This document shows positions 37,169 to 46,252 of a DNA stretch of 63,201 nt, piece after piece. Below the pieces are notes generated by a model. That model saw only the letters and a program-made list of their open reading frames with translations, had not been told where the DNA came from and ran no database searches. The first letter of the stretch is position 1. Each line of letters starts with the position of its first letter. The translations under genes and the position numbers were made by a program. Origin of the DNA: a virus (Duplodnaviria; Caudoviricetes); the IMG/VR virus record IMGVR_UViG_3300022562_002172, positions 1 through 63,201 of that record. One strand, given 5' to 3'.

Positions 37169-37449
37169 CACACACCGAGTATCGAGACGCCGCTCGTCAT
37201 GTCCGAGAACGACATTGCGCCCATGCTCCAGAGGGTGCCCTCGACGAACCGGAGCCACTCCCTGGCCTGGGCTCCTTTCTCCTCGACCATGAGCCTCGGT
37301 ATTTGCCTGCACATCCAGAGGCAGTGCGCCGCAATCTGGAGCTCGTTCGGCCCGCGCGCGGACGGCGCGAATGCCGCCGGCTCTACGCCAGCGGAGGCGA
37401 ACAGGGACGCGTACTTGTTTGCCTTTACCCGAAGGTTCTCGTCCGTCAT
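37168..37449 (-). CDS. Hypothetical phage protein (paralog of 4018-4305)
   Basis: HCLWMCRQI...AREWLRFVEG.LW..G. Confidence 0.75.
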   Translation of the reverse strand: MTDENLRVKANKYASLFASAGVEPAAFAPSARGPNELQIAAHCLWMCRQIPRLMVEEKGAQAREWLRFVEGTLWSMGAMSFSDMTSGVSILGV

Positions 37450-37949
37450 TGGAGCGACCTTACCGTACGCCGGCCACCCGGAACCTCCGGGAGGTGCATG
37501 TACCCGGTCCCCTCTTTCAGAAGGGCCAGTATCCCAATGAGGGCGGCGAGGACGGTCGCCTCGTCCGGGTTGTCCAGGAGGGCCAGCGCCTCGAGCTCGA
37601 GGGAAGCGGCCTGGAGGTACGCGTCCCTTGCGTCCGCCACTTTCCTGTCCGTGAGGCAGTTCTGCCCCCTGAGCTTCATGAAGACGGCCTTCCTGCGGAG
37701 CTCCTCATAGAGCGCCGCACGGTCCTTTTTCGATATGCGCTTCCCGAAGCTCCTTGCCAAGGAGGTTCGTATTCGCTCCGACCTGCTCCAGTTCCCGTCG
37801 GGCCACTCCTTGCGGAGACGCTCCGCCTCGGCATCCAGGGCCCTGACCACGGACGGGTGGACGTCGACCGTCACCTTGACCGAGTTCTTCGCCCTCGGCC
37901 TTGGCTTCCTAGTCTTCGGCTTCGGCATACTCTCCGCCTGTCCGGACAA
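37446..37949 (-). CDS. Possible ribbon-helix-helix DNA-binding protein
   Basis: KVTVDV...V.ALD.EA......SRSE.IR pattern. Confidence 0.55.
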   Translation of the reverse strand: MSGQAESMPKPKTRKPRPRAKNSVKVTVDVHPSVVRALDAEAERLRKEWPDGNWSRSERIRTSLARSFGKRISKKDRAALYEELRRKAVFMKLRGQNCLTDRKVADARDAYLQAASLELEALALLDNPDEATVLAALIGILALLKEGTGYMHLPEVPGGRRTVRSLQ

Positions 37950-37977
37950 ACCCGGACATAGGAGGCATATCGGCCGC

Positions 37978-38370
37978 CTAGCCGAGAAAGCGGATGGCGG
38001 CGGCGTTACACAGGACGTGCATCACATTGTCCGTGATGATCATGAGCCAGACGCTCATCCAGACCGGACGGTCCTTGTGGTACCCAGTCCCGGAGCACTC
38101 CGACCACGGCCAGTTCTTGAGGCTGGGTTGGGCGAAGTTCTTGACCCAGCATACGTACCGTGCGAGCCTCCAGCGATCGATGATGAAATGCGTCACAAGG
38201 ATCACAGCAAGGGCCGCGGGGCTCCTGGTCAGGATGGCGAACGGGAGCGTGTACGTAGCGGCGTGGACGAGGGCCGCCACGGACGCCTTGGTCTTCTCGT
38301 TCGCCATCCAATCGGACTGGAGGACATAGTCCCCGAACGCATGCAGGACGAGCTGGTCCGCGGTGACCAT
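37978..38370 (-). CDS. DUF3307-like membrane protein
   Basis: H..GDYVLQSDWMA..K, H...Y, THFIID, DN..H. Confidence 0.8.
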   Translation of the reverse strand: MVTADQLVLHAFGDYVLQSDWMANEKTKASVAALVHAATYTLPFAILTRSPAALAVILVTHFIIDRWRLARYVCWVKNFAQPSLKNWPWSECSGTGYHKDRPVWMSVWLMIITDNVMHVLCNAAAIRFLG

Positions 38371-38756
38371 CAGTAGTCGTCGTCTCGTCGCCTGCGGCTG
38401 CCCTTCTTCTTCCCGCGGCCTCCACCAAAGCCGCCTCCTCCGCTGCCGCCCCCACCGAATCCGCCGCCTCCTCCGAACCCGTTCCCTCCGCCGCCTCCTC
38501 CGAACCCGCCTCGACTTGGGCGAGCCTCAGCCTCGTTGACGCGGAGGGAACGCCCGTCGAGCTCCTGTCCGTCCCAGTTGGACATGGCCTCTGCGGCCTC
38601 CGCGTCCGTCGCGTATTCGACGAAGGCGAATCCGCGGCTCCTGCCGGTCTCCCTGTCCAGAATCAGCTTGACAGATTTCGCGCCCGTGAACGCTCCGCGC
38701 AGGGAGTCCTCAGTCGTCCCGTAGGACAGGTTTCCGACATACAGCCTATTTCCCAT
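38370..38756 (-). CDS. RRM RNA-binding protein with Gly-rich tail
   Basis: RNP2 LYVGNL, RNP1 RGFAFVEY, LRVNEA. Confidence 0.93.
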   Translation of the reverse strand: MGNRLYVGNLSYGTTEDSLRGAFTGAKSVKLILDRETGRSRGFAFVEYATDAEAAEAMSNWDGQELDGRSLRVNEAEARPSRGGFGGGGGGNGFGGGGGFGGGGSGGGGFGGGRGKKKGSRRRRDDDY

Positions 38757-38757
38757 C

Positions 38758-39027
38758 TCATACTCCTATTACGTGGGGCCTATTCTTGACCCTCCGAACT
38801 TCGCTCCCCTCGGTCATCACGGACGCCTCCACCACTTTGGCCTTGCGGTTCGAGATCGACCTGCCGTACTGGACGTCGTCCAAAACGAGGACCCTCCCCT
38901 CTCCCCAGACCTCCACGAACTTCTTGTCTCGGAGAAGGCGGGCCGCCGCGAGGCCACAGGCGCACCACCGCCATCCGTCCTTGAGCTTGACGATGTCATG
39001 GCACGACGTGCAGTTTAGGAGCTTCAA
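38758..39027 (-). CDS. Small Zn-binding hypothetical protein
   Basis: MKLLNCTSCHD...CACG. Confidence 0.65.
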   Translation of the reverse strand: MKLLNCTSCHDIVKLKDGWRWCACGLAAARLLRDKKFVEVWGEGRVLVLDDVQYGRSISNRKAKVVEASVMTEGSEVRRVKNRPHVIGV

Positions 39028-39051
39028 CTGGCCGGGACAAGTTACACCGGA

Positions 39052-39960
39052 TCAGCCCTTCCTAGCCAGGAAGCTCGCGAGCTCGTCCTCGGACATCTCG
39101 GACGGAGGAGACCCTTGATAGACGACAGTCTCCGGGAGGACCAGGGTCCCATCCGCCCTCGCAGCCGCCTCGGGCTCTGCGACGCTCGGCTGCCTCAGGA
39201 CTCTCAGGGCCGTCCTGCCCGGCGCCCCGTGGTTGATAGAGGAGCTCAGGGAGGGATCCGCGGCCACGTCGTATAGGTCCACCTTCTCCTGGCTCCCATC
39301 GTCTCTAACGAGCCTGGCTATCCTGTACATGAGTCGAATAACCTGGGATGGGTCGATGTGTTGATCGTTGTGTTTGGTCCCGATGCCCTGCCACACCTTG
39401 ATGCCCGGGGTAACGCCGGCGTAGGCCCCTCCGGACGAGTGCCATCCGTAGTTGCAGGCCGTGTTGCGTCCGTACGGGCGCTTGTCCGGGTTCGGGGCCT
39501 CGAGGCTGTTGCAGATGGACCAGTACTTGCCAACGCTGGCCACGATCCCGTGATCGGGATAGCCGCCGCTCGCCGCTATCTTTTTCTCGACCGCGGCGTG
39601 TACGTCGTGCACGTTCTGGTTGGCGACGATCTTCCCGGGACCGAGGTTCACGACCGGGTCGAATCTGAGGCCGGCCTGAGACCAGACGAGGTCGAGAACG
39701 CGCGGAGTCGGAAGCATGCAGAAGAGCATATCCGCGATCTCCTGCATCTCCGCCGCCGTGGCCGGCAGGCGGACGCCGTCGAACGTCCTCTCGTCCCCCC
39801 GGATGGGTTCCCTGTGCCAGTTCATTGCGGGGACGCCGTCGAAGCGCATCGCGTCCCGCATGACGCTCACGAAAAGGCGGCCTCCGTCCACGTCAGAGAA
39901 GACCTCCTCCCACTCGAACCGGGCCTGGCCGTTTCGGACGGCCGACACGATGTCCCACAT
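39052..39960 (-). CDS. Hypothetical protein
   Basis: Long ORF; LPTP, NYGWH, H...H.D.SQ conserved-looking motifs. Confidence 0.7.
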   Translation of the reverse strand: MWDIVSAVRNGQARFEWEEVFSDVDGGRLFVSVMRDAMRFDGVPAMNWHREPIRGDERTFDGVRLPATAAEMQEIADMLFCMLPTPRVLDLVWSQAGLRFDPVVNLGPGKIVANQNVHDVHAAVEKKIAASGGYPDHGIVASVGKYWSICNSLEAPNPDKRPYGRNTACNYGWHSSGGAYAGVTPGIKVWQGIGTKHNDQHIDPSQVIRLMYRIARLVRDDGSQEKVDLYDVAADPSLSSSINHGAPGRTALRVLRQPSVAEPEAAARADGTLVLPETVVYQGSPPSEMSEDELASFLARKG

Positions 39961-40034
39961 TCCGTGGAGGCGCGGCATAGGAGCTCGACGCAGGCGGCCC
40001 CGACGGAGGACGTCCTCCGTCGGGGCTCCACAGC

Positions 40035-40622
40035 CTAGTTCAGGACGTAGTCCATCCACTCCTCGGGGACCGTGCCGGGGTCCAGCATCGGGGACGAGGC
40101 CGGGAGGGACTTCGGCTTCCTGACGTGGTCGGGTCCGTTAATGAGCCGCATCCCCGCCTGGTCCGGGGTCCTGTCGTCCTTCCTCGAGTTGCAGCCCGAA
40201 CACGCCATGACGATGTTCTCCCAGATCGTCTTCCCTCCCTGGGCGCGGGGGACGACGTGGTCGAACGTCAGCTGGGACATCGGCAGCCTCTTGCCGCAGT
40301 ACTGGCACGTGAACTTATCACGCGCGCAGACGTTGACCTTGGAGAACTTGGCCGACTGCCGGCGGACGTACACCCCGTCCCGAAGCTGGACGACCGCGGG
40401 GACGCGGATCGTAACCGTCTCCGCGTCCGTGCTGAGCACGTGGCGGAGCGACTCCCTGAGGGCCGGGAATTGCTTCATGGCTTCACGGCCGATCACGGCC
40501 AGAATCTCCGGATAGTCCTTGACCACCAGGTATTTGCCAAGGCACATGTTCGTGACGGCCGTCTTCCATCCGACGACCTCGTGCGGCATCCCGTAGTTCA
40601 GGACAAGCGTCTGCGCGTACAT
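40035..40622 (-). CDS. HNH endonuclease (McrA-like)
   Basis: RD.FTCQYCG, TFDHVVPR..GG...WENIVMAC..CN..K. Confidence 0.92.
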   Translation of the reverse strand: MYAQTLVLNYGMPHEVVGWKTAVTNMCLGKYLVVKDYPEILAVIGREAMKQFPALRESLRHVLSTDAETVTIRVPAVVQLRDGVYVRRQSAKFSKVNVCARDKFTCQYCGKRLPMSQLTFDHVVPRAQGGKTIWENIVMACSGCNSRKDDRTPDQAGMRLINGPDHVRKPKSLPASSPMLDPGTVPEEWMDYVLN

Positions 40623-40768
40623 GATCTCACCTACCTTCCTTACCTTTCTCTATGTTTCATTTACTGGACACAGGCCCGCAATCCCGGCTCGGCCGGGCGG
40701 GCAAGTCTAGATACACGTCCGCCCGGCCTTGGGGGGGGGCCAGGCGGGATCCCCGTCCGCTTTGGCGT

Positions 40769-41125
40769 CTACGGGAGGCCGGGGTCCGGGTCTCCGAGCT
40801 CGATCAAACGCTTCCGGAAAGCACGCGCCTTATTGATGAGCTCCGTGCTCCGCGCCTGGGTGGCAGAGACCGAGGCATTGAGCGCCCTGTTCTCCGAAAG
40901 GAGGAGATACAGGACTTCCCGCATCCCGAGCTTCTCGACGTCGAACCGTCCGTCACCAGGGGACTTGGCCATCCTGGACCGAATCTCCGAGGACGCGCCA
41001 CTGACCTTCTCCTTGTCTTCACCCGTGATCACGACGAGGACGTTGGTCCCGTCGAAGTGGTGGAAGAGCAGCCTCTCCTCGGGGCCGCCGGAGAATCTTG
41101 AGAGGTCCCTGTCTTTCGGATCCAT
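40769..41125 (-). CDS. Hypothetical protein
   Basis: GTAGAGT-N6-ATG. Confidence 0.6.
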   Translation of the reverse strand: MDPKDRDLSRFSGGPEERLLFHHFDGTNVLVVITGEDKEKVSGASSEIRSRMAKSPGDGRFDVEKLGMREVLYLLLSENRALNASVSATQARSTELINKARAFRKRLIELGDPDPGLP

Positions 41126-41140
41126 GGCGCGACTCTACAG

Positions 41141-42112
41141 TCACCGGCGGCGCTTCAGCCATACGAACGAGATGATCAGGATCAGGGAGAAGAGGAGCCA
41201 GAACCAGGCGTACCCGTGCTCCCACTTCGTCTCCGGCATGCTCCGGAAGTTCATGCCGTAAATCGCGGCCAGGAGCGTGAGAGGTACGAACAGGACATTC
41301 ACTGCCGTCATCGCCTTAATGCTGGCGTTCATATGGTAGCTGACGATGGAGACATGGAAGTTGACGGAGTCTGAGATGACCTGCCTGTCCGTGACGAGGT
41401 CGTCTTCCAGGCGCTCGAGGACCATGATCATGTTGTCCAGGAATGGCTTCGTGTTCACGCTCACGAACAGGCCGGCCCGGCTTGCGAGGTGGGTCAACGT
41501 GTTCCTCGCCGTGTGGTCTATCTCCCTCATGACGAGGAAGTCCGTGTGAAGCTTCGAGGCTTCGACGATAATGCTCTCGTCCGCGGTGATCACCGCCCGG
41601 TCCAGGACCTTCAACTTCTCCTGCATGACCCTGTGCACGCTCAGATAGCCGTCGGTCACGTGGTGAAACATCTCGTACACGAGGAAGACCGCCGCCTTCG
41701 ACGTCGACCTGAAGTCCGTCACGTACCGGTCGACCAGCTTCTCGACTAGCTTGGACCTGCTCTCGTGGCAGGAGACGAGGAACCTCGCGCCCAGCAGGCA
41801 TCGGACCTTCTTCGGGGAGAAGTCCCCGGTCTCCAACCACTCGTCGAACGGGATGTGTCCTACGTCGAACCTGTAGAGGTTCCCCGGAAAGCTGATCACG
41901 TCCGAGACCGCGTCGCTTTGGAGGGACTGGATCGCTTCTGAGTCCAGGCCGAGCTTCTCGAGGCCGAGCGGGCCGAGTGAGTCGGAGCCGAGTACGTCTA
42001 TCCAGTATATCTTGTTCCCGACGTCTTGTATCACCACGTCCTCGAGCCCGACCTCTCGTCGGACTCCGGTGTCATAGTCGTGTTCAAACACAAGGACTGG
42101 GCTCGTCCCCAT
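41141..42112 (-). CDS. corA: CorA-family Mg2+/Co2+ transporter
   Basis: WIDV, PLT...IYGMNF..MPE..W..GY, two C-terminal TM helices. Confidence 0.9.
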   Translation of the reverse strand: MGTSPVLVFEHDYDTGVRREVGLEDVVIQDVGNKIYWIDVLGSDSLGPLGLEKLGLDSEAIQSLQSDAVSDVISFPGNLYRFDVGHIPFDEWLETGDFSPKKVRCLLGARFLVSCHESRSKLVEKLVDRYVTDFRSTSKAAVFLVYEMFHHVTDGYLSVHRVMQEKLKVLDRAVITADESIIVEASKLHTDFLVMREIDHTARNTLTHLASRAGLFVSVNTKPFLDNMIMVLERLEDDLVTDRQVISDSVNFHVSIVSYHMNASIKAMTAVNVLFVPLTLLAAIYGMNFRSMPETKWEHGYAWFWLLFSLILIISFVWLKRRR

Positions 42113-42119
42113 CGAGGCC

Positions 42120-42767
42120 TCAGGCGATGTCGGTCGCGTTCTGGATGGTGCAGACCGCGCGGAACTCTGTGCTCTGATTCTCGCCGCGGACGTACACGAC
42201 ACTGGAGGTCGTGTCGAAAAGCTCCAGGATCGTCGACGGTTTCAGCTTGTACTCCGGCCCCGACTCGCTGATCGAGAGGAACATGTTCACGCCGCCGAGG
42301 TTCTCGAAGATGAACTGGTGGCAGTTCTTCGGGAGTTGTATCTCGAGCGATTCTCCCATGGACGCGCCCGCGGGCGCGTCCCCCGCGAGATGGACCGGAG
42401 GGTGTCCTGATGAGGCGTAAGGCAGGACGATGTGGACAGGCCCGGGGTTCGAGAAGGACGCGGCCCCGAGGTCCTTCGTCTTGACCCTGAGGTAGATGGG
42501 CTTCGAGTCATCGACCCCCGGGTAGTCGGCGGGGTTCCACACGAACCTGACCTTCCCCCGAAAGCTGTCGTTGAACGAGAAGTCGCGGACGGTCTTTGAC
42601 CTCGTCCCGCCGGCGGACATGGTGGCTAGCGTGGTAAATGGCCCGTTGAAACTGTCCGACACCTCGTACTGCCAGAAGGCCACGGGTGGGCTCTTCAGAG
42701 GGTCAATGTCGATCAGAAGATCGACCACGTTCTGGCGCCGCCTCGTCAGGCTGAACTGTCTCGACAT
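42120..42767 (-). CDS. Hypothetical beta-rich protein, possibly virion-associated
   Basis: 215-aa ORF. Confidence 0.65.
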   Translation of the reverse strand: MSRQFSLTRRRQNVVDLLIDIDPLKSPPVAFWQYEVSDSFNGPFTTLATMSAGGTRSKTVRDFSFNDSFRGKVRFVWNPADYPGVDDSKPIYLRVKTKDLGAASFSNPGPVHIVLPYASSGHPPVHLAGDAPAGASMGESLEIQLPKNCHQFIFENLGGVNMFLSISESGPEYKLKPSTILELFDTTSSVVYVRGENQSTEFRAVCTIQNATDIA

Positions 42768-42785
42768 GTCCGTACGCTACCTTCG

Positions 42786-42868
42786 TGGGCCGGGCGGGAG
42801 TCGAACCCGCAGTGGCGTTCGCCGCCGGATTTTAAATCCGGCCCCTTTGCCTGTTTGGATACCGGCCC
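42786..42868 (-). tRNA. tRNA-Leu(UAA), long variable arm, no encoded CCA
   Basis: GGGCCGG acceptor, CCGGA-TTTAAAA-TCCGG anticodon arm, GGTTCGACTCC T arm. Confidence 0.9.
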
Positions 42869-42869
42869 G

Positions 42870-43193
42870 TCAGGACTCCATGACCTGACGGATCTTCTCC
42901 TGTCTACAGGCCTCCGGGTCCTTCGTGTGTTGGTCTTCTTCCCACAGCCCGCCCCCGCATTCTTCGCACTTGAACGGCGGCGTGAGCATGGACTTCCTGG
43001 GCATGGACTGGTAGTCGATGTTGTGGCGTAACGGCTCCACCCCCTGCTGGAAGTGGCGTCGTACGACGGGGAAAACGAAGTTCATGAGGTCCCTTCCCTG
43101 TGCCGCGTCAGGGGGGTCTCTGTCTTCTACGAGAGCTTTCCCCTGCTCGATGAGCCTGGCGATCCTCTCCTTAAGGTCGTCAGGCTTGCTCAT
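42870..43193 (-). CDS. Small protein with Zn module and IRQVMES tail
   Basis: CEECG...H......C then IRQVMES. Confidence 0.7.
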   Translation of the reverse strand: MSKPDDLKERIARLIEQGKALVEDRDPPDAAQGRDLMNFVFPVVRRHFQQGVEPLRHNIDYQSMPRKSMLTPPFKCEECGGGLWEEDQHTKDPEACRQEKIRQVMES

Positions 43194-43317
43194 CCGGCTT
43201 ATCCTGGAGCTTGCGTCGCTCCCTCGGAGGGGGTTTCCCCATGCCGTTTGATTTCCACGGCTTGCACATGAGACACCCGGCCCTACTCCTCTTTGGCCTT
43301 TTTCGCTTGTGGTTCAT
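43180..43317 (-). CDS. Small basic CxxC peptide (not in ORF track)
   Basis: MNHKRKRPKRSRAGCLMCKPWKSNG... Confidence 0.55.
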   Translation of the reverse strand: MNHKRKRPKRSRAGCLMCKPWKSNGMGKPPPRERRKLQDKPDEQA

Positions 43318-43455
43318 GGTCCGGGTGATGAGTTAAAGGGTCGATACTACGCCCGCGAGGTTCACGACTAGCACGCTCTCTCGTTGTCCAGGGATCAGTG
43401 AAGCTGACCTCCACGGCCTAAGACACATTTTCGTGCCGGACGACCCCGTCGAACT

Positions 43456-43968
43456 TTACGGCTGCGGATAATAGTGCCGGAACGCCGTCAAAATCTCGGA
43501 CGTCGCTCTCTCCGTCAGCGGCTCGAGATTTCGTCCCGGATCCGGTCCGAGACGGTCCCAGGGCCGGCCAGTGACCATGAGCGACATCGCCGGCCCCCCG
43601 AGAGGCATCACGTAGTGCCAAGCGTCGGGATCGGGCATCTCGTAAACCGTTCCCGGGCCGATCAAGACGGTCATGGCCTCCGGCGGGGGCTCCTGGCCGG
43701 GCCCGAAGCCGACGGCCATCTCGTACGAGCCGGTGACAATCCGCATCGCGCTCGGCCATGGATGTGGATGGAACAGCGGGCGCTCGCAGGGATGGATGCG
43801 GTGCAGGCTCACTCTCAGGTCGTTCACTTGAGCCCAGACCCTCTCCACTCGCGGGGGCTCGTAATCTATGTCCAGGGAATGCCAGAGGCCGGCCCGACGC
43901 AGGAGGCCCGGGAGCATCTCTTCCACTCGGAAGAGTTTCTGGATCATCTCCCCCTTCTGCACGCCCAT
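43456..43968 (-). CDS. Cupin-fold protein
   Basis: LHRI...HPHPW......GSYE...WH.V. Confidence 0.7.
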   Translation of the reverse strand: MGVQKGEMIQKLFRVEEMLPGLLRRAGLWHSLDIDYEPPRVERVWAQVNDLRVSLHRIHPCERPLFHPHPWPSAMRIVTGSYEMAVGFGPGQEPPPEAMTVLIGPGTVYEMPDPDAWHYVMPLGGPAMSLMVTGRPWDRLGPDPGRNLEPLTERATSEILTAFRHYYPQP

Positions 43969-44055
43969 GTGGAAGGTTACGCCGGAGGCCCTCCCTGCGC
44001 GGCATCGAAACCCTTCCGGTTCCTCGTCGGTCTCGGCCTGAGCTCCCTGGGTTGA

Positions 44056-44331
44056 CTACTGATCACCCTGCCATCCCTCGAGCCTGATGAACCTGTGGAA
44101 AGTACAGGAGCCGACGGTGCAGACGTAGCTCGGATGAACCGTCCCGTCGGGATCGACGCGATGGACGGTTGACACCATGCGCGTCACATGTCCGTTCGGG
44201 CATGTGATGAGGGCGAGGTTCTTGAAGCCGCGGTGCGGGTCCAGGTAGTCCCAGCTCAGGGGAGGGGGCTGGTGGTCGAGCTTCCCGCGCGGGACGAGCT
44301 CGTGCCTGTAGAGGACGACTTTCCTGGTCAA
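44056..44331 (-). CDS. Small Cys/His hypothetical protein
   Basis: CPNGH...TVHPS..C....C.FH. Confidence 0.6.
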   Translation of the reverse strand: MTRKVVLYRHELVPRGKLDHQPPPLSWDYLDPHRGFKNLALITCPNGHVTRMVSTVHRVDPDGTVHPSYVCTVGSCTFHRFIRLEGWQGDQ

Positions 44332-44513
44332 AGGTCTCGCGCGTTCCGGATCAGCACGGGGATCCCCTCCCATTCCGCCGGGACGGCGCGCGGAGGCCGC
44401 GCGGCACGGACGTATACGTAGAGACAGGACGGGCCGGCCTCAACCGAGACGGTCGAAGAGAAACCGCGCAGGTGCTCGAGGAGCCGAGCGGCCGCTTCTT
44501 CCAGGTTTTCCAT
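44328..44513 (-). CDS. Small hypothetical protein
   Basis: 61-aa ORF immediately after tmRNA. Confidence 0.5.
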   Translation of the reverse strand: MENLEEAAARLLEHLRGFSSTVSVEAGPSCLYVYVRAARPPRAVPAEWEGIPVLIRNARDL

Positions 44514-44516
44514 CAG

Positions 44517-44876
44517 TGGAGGCGCGGGGAATCGAACCCCGGTCCGCGCAGTTCCGTCAAAGTCCTCTTCACGTGCGTAGCCGGCGTAGCTGCCCCGGCT
44601 CAGATGACGGCGGGCGTCATAACGTCCCCGCCTGGAGGCTCTTGCTTCTCTCGCCCTAGGGCCGCTGACCTCGCTAAATTCCCCAGAGCCAGCCCGTGTG
44701 GGTTTATGCCGTCCGGGTTACTCGGGCTCCTGTCCCAGCCGACAGCTCACGCGGCGATGCCGACGTCAGCGATTGCGTTGTCGTTCGCAGTTGGTACGGC
44801 TCGCTTTGTCAAGGCAGATCGAGCGCTGCCTGCACGCAGACTTCTCCTTTCCCGCACGTCGAAACCGATCGCCCCC
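44517..44876 (-). ncRNA. ssrA: tmRNA, tag ANDNAIADVGIAA
   Basis: 5' GGGGGCGATCGGTTTCGAC; 3' GGTTCGATTCCCCGCGCCTCCA with G3-U70; tag ORF at 44788-44747. Confidence 0.95.
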
Positions 44877-44910
44877 GTACAATCCTTGCAGGGACTTCCG
44901 GACCCTACAA

Positions 44911-45108
44911 TCAGGACTCCATCACCTCGACGACGCGGTGGGCGTCGTCCCCAACCTCCTCAGCGTGCTTGGAGAGGTCCGTCATTTCGACGCCACAGAC
45001 CGGGCACACGCGCGGGATGACGGAGAGCTTCGACGCGCCGCGCGGGTTTATTATCCCGATCCCGATGCGTTCGTGAGCGGCAAATCCGATCTTCCCATTG
45101 ACGCTCAC
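44911..45108 (-). CDS. Capsid C-terminal fragment-like peptide plus C2H2 module and VVEVMES tail
   Basis: KIGFAAHERIGIGIINPRG then CPVCG...L..H........H.VVEVMES. Confidence 0.7.
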   Translation of the reverse strand: MSVNGKIGFAAHERIGIGIINPRGASKLSVIPRVCPVCGVEMTDLSKHAEEVGDDAHRVVEVMES

Positions 45109-45356
45109 GACTCCATCACCTCGACGACCGTGTGCTCCACGTCGTTAAACGCGGACGCGTGCGTGGCCAACTGACTCGACCAAACGGTCTCACCGCAGGC
45201 TGGACATATGACCCATCCGCCGTTGTAGTCCTTGGTCGTGCGCAGGGGCTGGGCCATGGACTGAGCGAGCTTCTGCCTCCCCTGCGCCGAGTTTATGAAG
45301 TTGGAGATCAGCTTTTCTTTGACCTCCGGGGAGAGCCCATTAGTTTGCCTCATCAT
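45105..45356 (-). CDS. Capsid N-terminal fragment-like peptide plus C2H2 module and VVEVMES tail
   Basis: KEKLISNFINSAQGRQKLAQSMAQPLRTTKDY then CPACG...L..H........H.VVEVMES. Confidence 0.7.
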   Translation of the reverse strand: MMRQTNGLSPEVKEKLISNFINSAQGRQKLAQSMAQPLRTTKDYNGGWVICPACGETVWSSQLATHASAFNDVEHTVVEVMES

Positions 45357-46239
45357 CGGGCGGCCGCTCCCAATCCGGCGGCAGGTCTGTACGGATGGGG
45401 GGACCGCCACGGTGCCTTCCGCCGAATCCGTCCGCGAGGGTCCCGTTCCTGAGCTTCTCCCCGAACTCTCGAGCCTTCTGGCGGTAGTACTTCCTAGCGT
45501 CGGCCCGGACGTCGTCGGAGACGACGGTGCCGGCGACGATCAGCTTGAACTTCTTGCGGACGACCCCGTCCACCTCGGCGATCCGCTTTTCGACTTGGTC
45601 CCTGAAGGACTCGGTCTCAGACAGGCCGTCGATCCCCTCAACGACCGCGAGCATAGCGTCCGCGATGTCCGGATGGAGCATGCCGACGTCGACGTCCTTG
45701 AGGAAGGCGTCGATGGCCCAAACCTTGTCGATGTCCTGCAGGAAGACAAATTCGTCCAGAATGAGGTCCACGCCCTCCGTTGCCCTGTTGGACCCGTTGT
45801 CCAAGGCCTTCTGCGAGATCTTGTAAAGGTGGTCCGCGCTCACGGCGGGCCTCTGCATCCACCCGGCCCCATTGAAGACATCCCGGGCAAACAACCCCCA
45901 CCTCCCGAGGAGGGCGTCCTTGAGCTCAACGAACGCGAGTTCGGCCCCGTCTATGAGGTCGTGGCTCGGCTCCCCGTGCATGTCGGTACCGAAGGCGACG
46001 CACTGGTGGAACTTGTCACCGAGCCCCTGATGAAGCTGCCGGAAGGCGCGGGACTCGAGCCCCGTCTGCTCCGCGAGGACGCGCTTTGCGGCCTCTCTCG
46101 GGGTCTCCCCGTCCAGCATGGGCCCTCCCGGAAGGTTGAACCCGTCCTCCTCGGTTCTGAGGGCGAGGACTTTCCCATCCCCGTCCCGGACGGCCAGCCT
46201 CACCCCGACATGCTGAACGACCTTCCTGACTGAAGTCAT
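45340..46239 (-). CDS. Degenerate Nudix domain fused to unknown helical domain
   Basis: LPGGPMLDGETPREAAKRVLAEQTGL (two box glutamates altered). Confidence 0.75.
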   Translation of the reverse strand: MTSVRKVVQHVGVRLAVRDGDGKVLALRTEEDGFNLPGGPMLDGETPREAAKRVLAEQTGLESRAFRQLHQGLGDKFHQCVAFGTDMHGEPSHDLIDGAELAFVELKDALLGRWGLFARDVFNGAGWMQRPAVSADHLYKISQKALDNGSNRATEGVDLILDEFVFLQDIDKVWAIDAFLKDVDVGMLHPDIADAMLAVVEGIDGLSETESFRDQVEKRIAEVDGVVRKKFKLIVAGTVVSDDVRADARKYYRQKAREFGEKLRNGTLADGFGGRHRGGPPIRTDLPPDWERPPDDEAN

Positions 46240-46252
46240 TTCGGACGGTACT

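Noticed and set aside
40731-40739. G9 homopolymer as phase-variation tract
   Set aside because: Intergenic, within a GC-rich stem region, with no evidence of length variation from a single sequence
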